Assembly (NCBI GenBank): GCA_963712745.1
Contig: CAVQJC010000016.1
Coordinates: forward strand, 1 to 25,079
Direction: 5' to 3'
Origin: an uncultured Chloroflexia bacterium
GTDB taxonomy: Bacteria; Chloroflexota; Limnocylindria; Limnocylindrales; CSP1-4
DNA length: 25,079 nucleotides
Positions 16,345 through 25,079 of the stretch are shown here, piece by piece (within the stretch, counting starts at the first letter, position 1; the number at the start of each line of letters is the position of its first letter). The notes below the pieces were generated by a model, which saw nothing but the letters and a program-made list of their open reading frames with translations, ran no database searches and was not told where the DNA came from. A program made the position numbers and the translations under genes.

Positions 16345-16635
16345 TCAGCGCAACGTCGCGCGACCCTCGGCGGCCGACGCAGCCGCCCCGGCGCCGTTGG
16401 TGGCTTCGTGGTTACCAGCAGCCTTCGCGTGAGCGACTGTGGCAGCCTTCTCAGCCTCGGCCAGCTGGGCACGAAGCTCGTCGGCGATGATCGAGAGCGC
16501 CTCGACGCGCGCCTGCGCCCGGTCGCGCTTGGCCGAAGCGTCCAAGAGCTGGTTTTCGGCCTTGCGCAGGCGCTTGCGTAGCTGCTTGGACGTCGAGATC
16601 CTGGCGTACCGGCGGACGGCCCTAGTGCTGGCCAT
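16345..16635 (-). CDS. Small coiled-coil hypothetical protein
   Basis: KQLRKRLRKAENQLLDASAKRDRAQARVEALSIIADELRAQLAE heptads; RBS GGAAGGGAG; overlaps the SulP stop. Confidence 0.7.
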   Translation of the reverse strand: MASTRAVRRYARISTSKQLRKRLRKAENQLLDASAKRDRAQARVEALSIIADELRAQLAEAEKAATVAHAKAAGNHEATNGAGAAASAAEGRATLR

Positions 16636-18403
16636 GTGCTCCCTTCCTGCCGGGTGTCTTCTCAGCGCTGCCAGATCGCTGTCCGCGCGCGTCGGTTTCG
16701 TCCTCGATCAGGTCTTCGACGGCCGCGTACACCTCCGGGTAGACGCCGGGCGTACCGAGACGACCGAGCACCCCGTCGGCCTCCAGCACGCGCATGACCT
16801 GGCCGCCCTTGACGCGGGCGAGGCGGATGTCGATGTCGTTGTAGCCGGCCAGATCGATGACCTTGCCGATGGCCTCGGACGCCTGGGAGTCGATGAAGTT
16901 GATGCCCTCGAAGTCGAGCACGATGGTGCCGATGGGCGGGTCGGCGTCCTGGACGAGCTCGCGCAGCCGATCCTCCGGGGCCTCGGAGTTCGCGAAGTAG
17001 AGACTCGAGTCGATACGCATCACGAGCAGGCCCGGATAGGTGGTGACCTCCGGCTCGTCATCCACGCTGCGGAAGGCCCGGGTGCCGGGCTTTCGACCGA
17101 GCTCCGGCATGGCGGGGCTCGCGCTGATGTAGATGAGGTAGCCGAGTGAGAGGAAGACGCCAATCACGACACCGGCCAGCACGCCGGCGGTCAGGACGCT
17201 GACGAGCGCGATCATTGCGATCCAGAAGTCCGTCCGCAGCACCCGGTACAGCCGCCGCATCTGCGGCACGTCCATCATGCCGCTCACCACGGCCTGGATG
17301 ATGATCGCCGCGAGCACCGCCGTGGGCAGGTCCGAGAACAGCGGCGCGAGGAGGATCATCGTGAGCACGACCACCGCACCGGTGGTCAGCGACGCGAGCT
17401 GCGTCTTGGCACCCGAGCTGTCGGCCAGCGAGCTCGCGGACAGGCTGGTGGACACGGGGATGCCCTGGAGCAGGCCGGAGCCGATGTTGGCTGCACCCTG
17501 CGCCACCGACTCCTGGTCGATGTCGACCCTTGCGCCGTGCTTGGAGGCGAACGAGCGGGCATCGCCGGCGGTCTGCGAGAAGCCGATGAGCAGCAGTCCG
17601 ACGGCCGCGGTGAGGATGACCGTGATGTTCTGGCCCACGAAGTCCAGCTCGGGGATCGCGATCGAGGGCAGGCCACGTGGGACCTCGCCGATGAGCGCCA
17701 CGCCCTGATCACCCAGGCCTAGCACGTTCGACGCCGCCAGTCCGAGCACGAGTAGGACGAGCGCGCCCGGCAGGCGCGGTGCCGCGACCTTGAGCCCGAA
17801 GATCAGGACGAGCGAGGCAACGCCGACCGCGACGGTCGTGAGATCGGTCGCCGAGAGCCCCTCGACCCAGCTCAGGAGCTTCTGCCACGAGTTGGTACCT
17901 TCGGCTGAGGTGCCGGTGATCTTGGGCAGCTCCCCGATGACGACCTCGATGGCGGCCCCGAAGAGGAAGCCGGTGATGACGGGCTTGGAGAGGAACTGAC
18001 TGATCCAGCCCATGCGGAACAGCCGCAGGACCAGGAACAGGAGACCCGACGCGATGGTGACCGCGGCGATGAGCGCGACCGCATCGTCGCTGCCGGTGGC
18101 GATGCCGGCGGAGACCAGCGCGCCGGCGGCGACCGCGGCCAGGGCCGAGCTGGGCCCTGTCGCGATCTGGCCCGACAGCCCGAAGATGGCGTAGAGGATC
18201 GCTCCGGCTGCGGCCGCGTAGAGCCCGTATTCGATGGGCACGCCGGCGATGCCGGCGTAGCCGAGGGACTTGGGCACCACGAGCGCGGCCACGGTGATGC
18301 CCGCGATGAGGTCGGGGCGAAGCCACATTCGCTGGTAGCGGGGCACCCACGACAGGATGGGCAGGAACCGCGCCAGGCCGGACGGGGACGACGGGTGGCT
18401 CAT
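16622..18403 (-). CDS. sulP: SulP/SLC26 inorganic anion transporter with STAS domain
   Basis: DLIAGITVAALVVPKSLGYAGIAG..GLYA, FLSKPVITGF and STAS 'LYFANSE...VLDFEGINFIDS'. Confidence 0.93.
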   Translation of the reverse strand: MSHPSSPSGLARFLPILSWVPRYQRMWLRPDLIAGITVAALVVPKSLGYAGIAGVPIEYGLYAAAAGAILYAIFGLSGQIATGPSSALAAVAAGALVSAGIATGSDDAVALIAAVTIASGLLFLVLRLFRMGWISQFLSKPVITGFLFGAAIEVVIGELPKITGTSAEGTNSWQKLLSWVEGLSATDLTTVAVGVASLVLIFGLKVAAPRLPGALVLLVLGLAASNVLGLGDQGVALIGEVPRGLPSIAIPELDFVGQNITVILTAAVGLLLIGFSQTAGDARSFASKHGARVDIDQESVAQGAANIGSGLLQGIPVSTSLSASSLADSSGAKTQLASLTTGAVVVLTMILLAPLFSDLPTAVLAAIIIQAVVSGMMDVPQMRRLYRVLRTDFWIAMIALVSVLTAGVLAGVVIGVFLSLGYLIYISASPAMPELGRKPGTRAFRSVDDEPEVTTYPGLLVMRIDSSLYFANSEAPEDRLRELVQDADPPIGTIVLDFEGINFIDSQASEAIGKVIDLAGYNDIDIRLARVKGGQVMRVLEADGVLGRLGTPGVYPEVYAAVEDLIEDETDARGQRSGSAEKTPGRKGAHGQH

Positions 18404-18415
18404 CGGGGGATGGCC

Positions 18416-19837
18416 TCAGCTGCCAAGTGAATGCTCATCCTGCGCCTCGATGCGGCCGTCGTGGATGGCCGCGGTGAAGGCCGCGTAGTCGCGCTCGTTC
18501 TGGTCGGCGTAGGCGACGGCGAAGTCGGCGATCGCCCGGTCGAAGGTGTCCCCCGTGCCGAGGTAGCCAGCGATCGTGGCCGGCTCCCCCGAGCGGGCGT
18601 GTGCGTGCGCGAGCGTCCAGCCGCACAGCTCCGCGTACCGTCGCATCGACTCGAGCGACGCGCCCTCGATCTCGATCGAACCCTTCATGTCCTTGAACTG
18701 GCGCCAGTAGTAGTGGCTGCCGGAGCGGCTCGCGTGCCAGCCCAGGAAGCTGTCACTCGTCGCCTGCATCAGCCGCTGCCCCTCGACCACGCGGCGACCG
18801 TCGTTGTCGTAGGCGCTCTTTGGCAGGTAGTCCTCCAGCACGGACGCATCAGCCTCCTTGATCTGCAGGAAGAACGGGTCTCGATCGTCGCGGCCCTCCA
18901 GCAGCACGATGAAGCACCTCGTGCCTACCGAGCCGACGCCGACGACCTTGATGGCCACATCGCGGTAGTGGTAGCGACGCAACAGGATGCCGATATGATC
19001 CGGGACCGAATCGAGATAGGCCTTGAACTCGGCCTTCAGCTGAGCGTCGATCTGCTGTGGGTCGGCGCTCGTAGGGACGTCCCGGATCGGCACGACGAGG
19101 GGCGGCTGCGAGGCGATGCGAACGCCATCCCCTGACGCTTCGGCCAGCTTGTCAAAGGCATAGACGCTGTCCCTGGCGCGCGTCTCGCGGATGTACGCTG
19201 CGCCACGCTTGCGCTGCTTCTTCGTAAGCTGCCCGCTGAACGCGCTGAAGACCTTGTCCACGTCGAGGTGCGCGTACCAGACGTCGCTGTAGAGAGCCTC
19301 GGCGAAACGCAGCATCGCTTCGCGGTACATCTGGACTGCGCGGCGGGCCAGACCGCGCTCCTCGCTGGCGTCGTACTCGTTGTGGCGAGCAACGATGGCG
19401 AAGCTCGTCGCCAGGCGCTTGACGTCCCACTCCCACGGTCCGGGCAGCGTCTCGTCGAAGTCGTTGAGATCGAACACGAGATCGCGCTCCGGGGAGCCGT
19501 AGACCCCGAAGTTCGACAGATGGGCATCGCCACAGATCTGGACGTGCAGGCCGGTCGATGGCGTCGTCGCCAGGTCGTTGGCCATCACCTTGGCCGCGCC
19601 ACGGTAGAATGCGAACGGCGACCGGGACATGCGCCAGTGTCGAATCGGGACCAGGAATGGTAGCCGCGCTTCGTTCTGGCTGGTGATCAGCTCGACCGGG
19701 TCGGGCCGATCGTCCGCAGGCCGCCACCCACCCTGCGCGCTCCGTGGGACCGTCTTGCGCAACCGGACGCCATCGCTCCCCGGCGCAGAGCCACTTCGTG
19801 CCTTCACCGAGCTGTATGACCTGCCCCTCGTCACCAC
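18416..19837 (-). CDS. DUF2252 family protein (kinase-like)
   Basis: RMSRSPFAFYRGAA, CGDAHLSNFG, FDLNDFDE, KVVGVGSVGTRC and LAHAHARSG. Confidence 0.93.
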   Translation of the reverse strand: MVTRGRSYSSVKARSGSAPGSDGVRLRKTVPRSAQGGWRPADDRPDPVELITSQNEARLPFLVPIRHWRMSRSPFAFYRGAAKVMANDLATTPSTGLHVQICGDAHLSNFGVYGSPERDLVFDLNDFDETLPGPWEWDVKRLATSFAIVARHNEYDASEERGLARRAVQMYREAMLRFAEALYSDVWYAHLDVDKVFSAFSGQLTKKQRKRGAAYIRETRARDSVYAFDKLAEASGDGVRIASQPPLVVPIRDVPTSADPQQIDAQLKAEFKAYLDSVPDHIGILLRRYHYRDVAIKVVGVGSVGTRCFIVLLEGRDDRDPFFLQIKEADASVLEDYLPKSAYDNDGRRVVEGQRLMQATSDSFLGWHASRSGSHYYWRQFKDMKGSIEIEGASLESMRRYAELCGWTLAHAHARSGEPATIAGYLGTGDTFDRAIADFAVAYADQNERDYAAFTAAIHDGRIEAQDEHSLGS

Positions 19838-20082
19838 TCCCCCTCACACTCCAGAGCTACGCCGGGCCTCCGTCGAACCCTTCAGCGACCGGCCGGATAT
19901 CGGGCCCACCCTGGGTTGGGCTGTCCCCGCTCGCCGGGGAAGACGGATGGTACCGTCTGCCTTCAGGAACTCCAAGGCCTCGCGGAGGCGAATAGTCGAC
20001 TCACCCAGGGTGAGACTACCGCCGCAGAAGGCGACAGGGCCTGACCGACGAGTCTCGGCCACACTTCGCCCGGCGTCCGTGT

Positions 20083-22140
20083 TCAGACGGGTCTGGCCAG
20101 CAGCACCACCGAGCGGGGCCCGACTCGGTAGGTCTCGACGTCGATCGGCAGCGCCCGTTGATACGTGACGAGATCGTGAGGCGACGGCAACGACGTGTCC
20201 AGGACCGCACGCCAGCGATGATCCTGCCCGGACGGGTCCCCCGCGACCTGTGGCGGCAGCTCGAAGTCGAGTGGCTCCCAGTAGGCATTGAGGGCGAGGT
20301 GCAGGGCCACACCGCGGCCGGTGAGGCTGATGGCGATGCTGCGGGATGCATCGCTCAGATCGGGCTGCCCGTAGCGTGCGCCGCTCAGCTGTGCCTTGGC
20401 CGACTGCAAGAGGTCCAGGAGGCTGACGTCATCTGCGGCGTCCAGCAGCGACTGCAGCCGACGCCGGCCGCGGGTGAGCCCCTGCACGAACGCGAGCAGG
20501 TCGCTGTGCTTCGTGACCAGGCCCCAGTCGAACCAGGTCAACTCGTCGTCGTGGCAGTAGGCGTTGTTGTTGCCTTGCTGCGTCCGGCGCACCTCGTCGC
20601 CCATGAGGAGCATGGGCAGGCCGACACCGAGCAGGTCGAGTGCCAGCAGGTTCTTCACCTGACGCAGGCGCAGTGATTCGACCGCCGGATCGTCGCTGGG
20701 ACCCTCGATCCCACAGTTCCAGCTGCGGTTGTCATCGCTGCCGTCACGGTTCTGCTCGCCGTTGGCCTCGTTGTGCTTGTGGTCGTAGGAGACGACGTCG
20801 TTCAGCGTGAAGCCGTCGTGACAGGTCACGAAGTTGACCGACTCCTGGGCCTCCCGACCGCGCCGACCGTAGATGTCCGGGCTGCCCAGGAACCGCTGGG
20901 CCACGGTCCCGGCCAGGCCCGGGTCACTCTTCACGGATGAGCGGACGTCGTCGCGGAAGCGCCCGTTCCACTCGATCCAGCGGTCACCCACGAAGCTGCC
21001 GACCTCGTACAGCCCGCCGGCGTCCAAGGCCTCGGCGATGAGCTTGGTGCTCGCAAGGACCGGGTCGGTCTCGATATCCCAGAGCGTGGGTGGATTCGAG
21101 AGGGGCCGCCCGTCATCGTCCCTCGAAAGGATGGCCGCGAGGTCGAAGCGAAAGCCGTCCACGTGCATCTCACTGACCCAGAAACGCAGGCTATCGAGGA
21201 TGAGACGGCGCGCGATGGGGTTGCTGGCGGCGAAGGTGTTGCCCGTGCCGGAGAAGTCAGCGTAGTAGGTCCGATCGGCAGCCGGGATGTAGTAGTCGTC
21301 ATTGGCGAGGCCGCGGAAGCAGAACGTGGTGTCGTCGGGACCGCCCTCGGCGGTGTGGTTGTAGACGACGTCGAGGATGACCTCAAGGCCGGCGCGATGG
21401 AGCGCCTTGACGAGGTCGCGGAACTCATCGGCGGCGGACAGGGCATCGCGCCGGCTGCTGTAGGCGACGTGGGGGGCGAAGAACGCGATCGGTTGGTATC
21501 CCCAGTAGTTGATCAGCCCCGGAGGAGCAGCGAGGTGATCGAAGTGGAAGACCGGCAGCAGCTCCACCGCGGTGATGCCCAGATCCACGAGATAGGGGAT
21601 CTTCTCGATGAATCCAGCGTACGTGCCCCGGTGACCCTCCTCGACGCCCGAGTTCGGATGGGCCGTGAAGCCACGGAGGTGAGCCTCATAGACGATGGTG
21701 TCCCGCAGGCTGCGGCCAAGGGGCCGGTCACCTTCCCAGTCGTAGCGGCTTAGATCGACCAGCACGCTCTTCATGGCCTCGGCGTCCCCGAGCGGGACGG
21801 ACGCAGGGTTCCGTCGGTACGTCGGTGGAACGGCCACACCGCGGCCATACGGATCAAGCAGGCGGTGGTGAGCGTCGAAGCGCAGGCCGCGCTCGGGTTG
21901 CCAGGGACCGTCGACACGGTACGCGTAGAGTTGGCCGTGCCCTACGTCGGGCACGAGCGCGTGCCAGTACTCCCCGTCCGGTGGAGTGGGATCGATCCGG
22001 GCAGGCATGGCTGATCCCACGCTGTCGTACAGCAGCAGGTCAACGGAGGTCGCGTGCTTGCTGTAGAGACTGAAGTTCGCCCCCGCCGGCGTGATCGTGG
22101 GTCCAAGGGGGTGGCTCAGTCCGCGCTCCACGGTAGTCAT
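20083..22140 (-). CDS. glgX: Glycogen debranching enzyme/isoamylase (GH13)
   Basis: NYWGY, DVVYNHTAEG, DGFRFDLA, NFVTCHDGFTL and QQGNNNAYC. Confidence 0.95.
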   Translation of the reverse strand: MTTVERGLSHPLGPTITPAGANFSLYSKHATSVDLLLYDSVGSAMPARIDPTPPDGEYWHALVPDVGHGQLYAYRVDGPWQPERGLRFDAHHRLLDPYGRGVAVPPTYRRNPASVPLGDAEAMKSVLVDLSRYDWEGDRPLGRSLRDTIVYEAHLRGFTAHPNSGVEEGHRGTYAGFIEKIPYLVDLGITAVELLPVFHFDHLAAPPGLINYWGYQPIAFFAPHVAYSSRRDALSAADEFRDLVKALHRAGLEVILDVVYNHTAEGGPDDTTFCFRGLANDDYYIPAADRTYYADFSGTGNTFAASNPIARRLILDSLRFWVSEMHVDGFRFDLAAILSRDDDGRPLSNPPTLWDIETDPVLASTKLIAEALDAGGLYEVGSFVGDRWIEWNGRFRDDVRSSVKSDPGLAGTVAQRFLGSPDIYGRRGREAQESVNFVTCHDGFTLNDVVSYDHKHNEANGEQNRDGSDDNRSWNCGIEGPSDDPAVESLRLRQVKNLLALDLLGVGLPMLLMGDEVRRTQQGNNNAYCHDDELTWFDWGLVTKHSDLLAFVQGLTRGRRRLQSLLDAADDVSLLDLLQSAKAQLSGARYGQPDLSDASRSIAISLTGRGVALHLALNAYWEPLDFELPPQVAGDPSGQDHRWRAVLDTSLPSPHDLVTYQRALPIDVETYRVGPRSVVLLARPV

Positions 22141-22353
22141 GAGGGCTCCTCTTGCTCGCCGACCGGACGTTGTCGACCGCGCTGGGTGGCGCCACTCAGG
22201 ATGACAGCCTGGCGGCTCGGCAGCCAGGCGGCAGGAGCGGCGATACGGTTCCTCGCCGGGGGTCGAGCACGCCGCGGTCGAGGCTCACGGACCGACTGAC
22301 CTCTTCCCGTCTCGACCGGGTGCCATGATGGTGGTGCAGCGTACGGAGGTGAC

Positions 22354-25057
22354 ATGATCCCAGCGACAGGCACTGCTGAGCACGACCGCCTCGCTCAAGC
22401 CACGGGCCGTGCCGAGGATGACCTCTTCACCGCCAACCCCTGGTACGAGTGGGGTCCCTATCTGTCCGAGCGGGCGTGGGGCACGGTGCGGGAGGACTAC
22501 AGCGCCGATGGCGATGCCTGGCGATCGTTCCCGCATGATCATGCCCGCTCGCGCGCGTACCGCTGGAACGAGGATGGCATGGCCGGCATCTCCGACGTCG
22601 GCCAGGAGCTCTGTCTCGCACTGGCGCTGTGGAACGGCACCGATGCCTACCTCAAGGAGCGCATGTTCGGGCTCACGGGGCCGCAAGGGAACCATGGGGA
22701 AGACGCCAAGGAGTGCTGGTGGTACCTCGAGGGGCTGCCCAGCCACGCCCTCCTGCGCTGGCGCTATCACTACCCCCAGGCAGCATTCCCGTATGACGAC
22801 CTCGTCAGGGAGAACGCGCGTCGCGATCGCCACCAGCCTGAGTACGAGCTCATCGACACCGGCGTGTTCGACGACGGACGCTACTGGATCGTCGAGGTGA
22901 CGTACGCGAAGGCGACCCCGACCGAGATCCTCTGCCGCGTCAACGTCACGAACCATGGCTCCGACGAGGCGACGCTGCACGTCCTGCCCACGCTGTGGTT
23001 CCGCAACACTTGGCGCTGGTCGGGATCACCTGACATCCCGGAGCTCCGCCTCGATGGAGACGCCGTGACGATCCGGCACCCGCGCCTCGAGGGCTACAGC
23101 CTCGAGGCCGCCGCGGGGCCTGACGGCGCGATGCCCGCGGCGCTCTTCTGCGACAACGAGACGAATGCGCGGCGGCTCTACGGAAGCGCGCCCATCAGCC
23201 CCTTCCCCAAGGACGGCATCAACGACCACGTCATCAATGGCGCAGCCACGGTCAACCCGGCGTCGACCGGTACGAAGGCCGCCTGGTGGTACCGGCTGAC
23301 GGTCCCGGGCGGCGGCCAGGCCGAGATGCGGCTGCGCCTCCATCGCCCGGAACCGGCGACCCGTCGTTCCTCGGACGGTCGGGGCGCAGCGGCGCGCTGG
23401 TCGGCAGAGCCATTCGAACGCGTGATCGACGAGCGTCAGCGCGACGCCGATGCGTTCTACGCAGCGCTGGCGGGCGCACCGCTCGACGATGAGCGGATGC
23501 GGATCCTGCGACAGGCGGCTGCCGGCCTCGTGTGGAGCAAGCAGTTCTATCCGTACCGTGTCGGACGCTGGCTCGACGGTGACCCGGCCGAGCCTCCGCC
23601 CCCACCAGGCCACGCCACCATCCGCAACGCCGGCTGGCGCCACCTCGACGCCTGCGACATCCTGGCCATGCCGGACCCCTGGGAGTACCCATGGTTCGCC
23701 GCCTGGGACCTGGCCTTCCACGCGATCGCCTGGGCACACCTGGACCCTGCCTTCGCGAAGTACCAGCTGCTCGTGCTCCTGCGGGAGTGGTTCCAGCACC
23801 CCGACGGTGCGCTCCCCGCGTACGAGTGGAACTTCGACGATGTCAATCCACCGGTCCATGCCGTTGCGGCGCTGAGCGTCTTCGCGATCGACGGGGCCAC
23901 GGACACGGACTTCCTCGAGCGGGTGTTCCAGAAGCTGCTGCTCAACTTCACGTGGTGGCTCAATCGAGAGGACCCCGATGGTCGGAATATCTTCGGTGGC
24001 GGCTTCCTCGGGCTGGACAACATCAGCCCCATCGATCGCTCGTCACTACCACCCGGAGTACGTCTCGCCCAGGCGGATGGCACCGCATGGATGGCGTTCT
24101 ACTCGCTGAGCATGCTCATCCTCGCGGCCCGTCTCGCCCAGGACGACCCGGTGTATGACGACATGGTCGTCAAGTTCGCCGAGCAGTACCTGCTCATCAC
24201 CGATGCCATCGATGACTCGGGTATGTACGACGCTGCCGATGGCTGGTTCTACGACCAGCTCATCGACGCGTCCGGCAGGAAGACGCCCATCACGGTCCAG
24301 ACGCTCGTGGGCGCGATCACCATGCTGCCTGCCGTCACGCTGCCCGCGTCTCAGGTCGGCGCCCTGGAGCGTCTCCGACATCGGTTCGCACGGCTGGCCG
24401 ACAAGGAGTCGGATGGCGCCGCTCAGGCCGGTCGACACGTCCATCACTCTGGCGAGGGAACGATGCTGTCGGTCGTTGATCCAGACCAGCTGCAACGCAC
24501 GCTGGAGGCCTTGTTCGACACCGATGCCTTCCTCTCGCCGCATGGCCTTCGGTCGCTGTCAAGGCGCTTCGCTACGTCGTACCAGGTCCCCGGGGTCCCA
24601 GGCGCGACCATCGACTACGAGCCAGCCAAATCGACGACGGCGATGTACGGCGGCAACTCCAACTGGCGCGGGCCAGTCTGGTTCCCGTCAACTACCTGGT
24701 CATCAGGTCGCTGCAGCAGTATCACGAGTTCCTCGGTGCCGGCTACACCGCCGAGTACCCCACCGGCTCCGGCCAGCGGCGGACCCTGCTCGAGGTCTCG
24801 GCCCGAGTCTCGCCGAACGCCTGATCTCCATCTGGCTGCCGGACCGGGCCGGGCGGCGACCGCTCTACGGCGGCGTCGGTCTGCTCCAGTCGGACCCGGC
24901 CTGGCAGGGGCTGCTCTGGTTCAACGAGTACTTCGAGGGCGACGATGGCGCCAGGCTCGGCGCCATGCATCAGACGGGCTGGACCGCCCTCGTCATCGAC
25001 CTGCTGCTCGCGCCGCCGGGCTCGCGCACCGAGGAGCCGGTCGACCTCTCCCGCTGA
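22354..25057 (+). CDS. GH63 / MGH1-like glucosidase, two frameshifts near 24687 and 24803 (absent from the ORF track because the frame runs off the end)
   Basis: RBS GGAGGT. WGPYLSERAWGTVREDYS, MPDPWEYPWFAAWDLAFH, GGFLGLDNI, NSNWRGPVWFP and EYFEGDDGARLGAMHQTGWTAL. Confidence 0.92.
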
Positions 25058-25079
25058 AGGACGACGCGCCGCGCGGGTG

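Noticed and set aside
19844-20062. 72-aa ORF between glgX and DUF2252
   Set aside because: No clear RBS or recognisable motif; cannot be supported as a gene.

Overview
High-GC (roughly 70% by eye) bacterial fragment with many single-base indels in conserved genes, consistent with an unpolished long-read assembly. The most unusual structure is a 137-bp direct repeat (1243-1379 and 15231-15367; 129/137 identical, ungapped). Each copy carries a sigma70-like promoter, only the 5' 41 nt of a tRNA-Val(GAC), a conserved non-tRNA arm and a strong hairpin. The repeats bracket about 14 kb of cargo with no integrase. The cargo includes a solo LuxR-type HTH gene (plus a second degenerate copy) and a divergent arsenic cluster (MerR-ArsC fusion and aquaporin; DUF2180, OsmC-like, Acr3, ArsR, ArsP, small thioredoxin, truncated aldehyde dehydrogenase). 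It also holds two SRPBCC-like genes, a DszB-like desulfinase/rhodanese/DUF6325 operon and a MalT-like regulator. Right of the second repeat lie nested IS3/IS30/DUF389 remnants, then a coiled-coil protein, SulP, DUF2252, GlgX and a frameshifted GH63 (MGH1-like) glucosidase. All family calls come from motif recognition, not database searches.
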